Source: Octopus bimaculoides
Taxonomy: Eukaryota
Length of the DNA: 64,000 bases
NCBI RefSeq assembly: GCF_001194135.2
Contig: NC_068987.1
Location: forward strand, 47,426,802-47,490,801
Reading direction: 5' to 3'
The notes below the pieces were generated by a model. It was not told where the DNA came from and did not search any database. It worked only from the letters and a program-made list of their open reading frames with translations. The position numbers and the translations under genes are program-made. Positions 62,810 to 64,000 of this stretch are shown here, in pieces; within the stretch, counting starts at the first letter, position 1; each line of letters starts with the position of its first letter.

Positions 62810-63310
62810 TCTCAGTTAAGGGAATAAGTTTTAATATATATAGCAATTAAAAATGGAATGGGCTTTGAGCTTTATATTAGATACAATGGGTTTACTAGTT
62901 TTAAAAAATCAACTAGTTTAATAAAAATGATAAATTAAAGAAATATATCAAGTGTGTTATAAACAATGCAAATGTTTTATTTGTAGGCAAGTTTTATTTG
63001 TAGGCAATTTAGTGATATTACTATGGGGGTGTAATTATAGTCCTCTTTTAGCTGACTATACTTGGCATCTTGTAAGTTTAGCTTTTTTAATGATTTATAG
63101 AAAAAGAAGTTAGGTTTAGTTATGCAGTTAAGTGGCTATTATAGAAAAAAATATGGATGGTATTTTCATTCCAAATTATAGTTTATTTTAGTGATTATTA
63201 TACAAAATTCATCATAGGCATTAGATAGCTAGCAGAAATGATGAGGATGTTAAGCTTTATTCTCTAGTTGTTTCAGTTGATATTTGTAATAAATCTTTTG
63301 TTACTAATAA
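62810..63310 (+). pseudogene. Probable decayed mitochondrial ND4 insertion (NUMT)
   Basis: T/G-skewed, C-poor segment; in invertebrate mitochondrial code gives SFMLDTMGLLVL, ASF, TMG, PLL and MWMVFSFQIM in ND4-like order, with frameshifts. Confidence 0.4.
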
Positions 63311-63699
63311 GACTTAAGAATTTAATTTTAAAGTAACTACTATGCTGTACATGGACAGCTGTACATGCCTATTAGACTAGTATATTACATATTTACTGCA
63401 TATGTTGAGGTCAATTTGTTCAAGGCTTGGCTGATATACCCATAAGTTGTTTCTCTTCCTCCTGCTCATTGGTTTGTGATGATCATTTCTAATTTGGTGT
63501 CCAATGACTGAAACAAGTAATACAAGTAATAATTTTATAATATGTATGATTAGTTAAGTTTGTATTGCAAAAAGATTACATTCATTGAAATCTAAATTTA
63601 CTTAGTAATACTTTTAGTGAGTCTGTAGTTATTTCATGTTTACAAACAAAGTAGAAAATTTGAAATTTAAGATTGATAATAAATTATTGCTAATTTTTA

Positions 63700-64000
63700 G
63701 AGCACAAGAAAAGCTGAACATAAGAAGCATCAGTTGTGGTGTGCAAGAGAGGCGATTGCGCTGGTATGGACATGTGGTGAGAATGGACAAGGATAGCTGC
63801 GTGAAAAAGTGCCACACCCTAACAATTGAGGGAACCCGTGGAAGAGGTAGGCCCAGGAAGACTTGGGCTGAGGTGGTGAGGCAAGACCTTTGAACATTGG
63901 GCTTCACCGAGGCAATGACTACTGACCGAGACCTTTGGAAATGTGCTGTGCATGAGAGGACCCGGCAAGCCAAGTGAGACCTAAATCCAAGGCCTCTGCC
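63700..64000 (+). mobile_element. Well-preserved RTE LINE 3' fragment running off the window
   Basis: EKLNIRSISCGVQERRLRWYGHVVRMDKDSCVKKCHTLTIEGTRGRGRPRKTWAEVVRQDL with CpGs largely intact. Confidence 0.88.

Overview
AT-rich, microsatellite- and repeat-dense eukaryotic DNA. The SINE, RTE and mariner repertoire suggests an octopod cephalopod (inference). There are six N-gaps. The window holds one complete spliced host gene on +, a LIN7/Veli/MALS orthologue (L27 + PDZ). I reconstructed it from six GT-AG exons (413-449, 34971-35012, 37692-37840, 38622-38831, 44564-44618, 45029-45129) that join in frame to 197 aa. Its 34.5-kb first intron contains, on the same strand, an apparently intronless Torsin-family AAA+ ATPase gene (19228-20155). 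This torsin lacks the usual post-signal hydrophobic segment and ends in NEDL. The rest is a nest of decayed elements: tRNA-derived SINEs, RTE/CR1/Penelope retroelements, mariner/maT/pogo/Helitron relics, TTAA-flanked MITEs and a probable ND4 NUMT. Signals not shown by the ORF track: (i) a 1.46-kb GGG...CCC transposon with a TATA duplication encoding SAP and SWIM-like domains, whose empty site is visible in an inverted sister repeat; (ii) type I minimal hammerhead ribozyme motifs, two inside a 579-bp foldback element and one at 10.2 kb; (iii) a CpG-retaining domain at about 9-15.5 kb that may mark an internal promoter; (iv) a 5'-inverted RTE LINE. All family assignments are by motif recognition, not database search. 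Repeat boundaries without TIR/TSD evidence are approximate.
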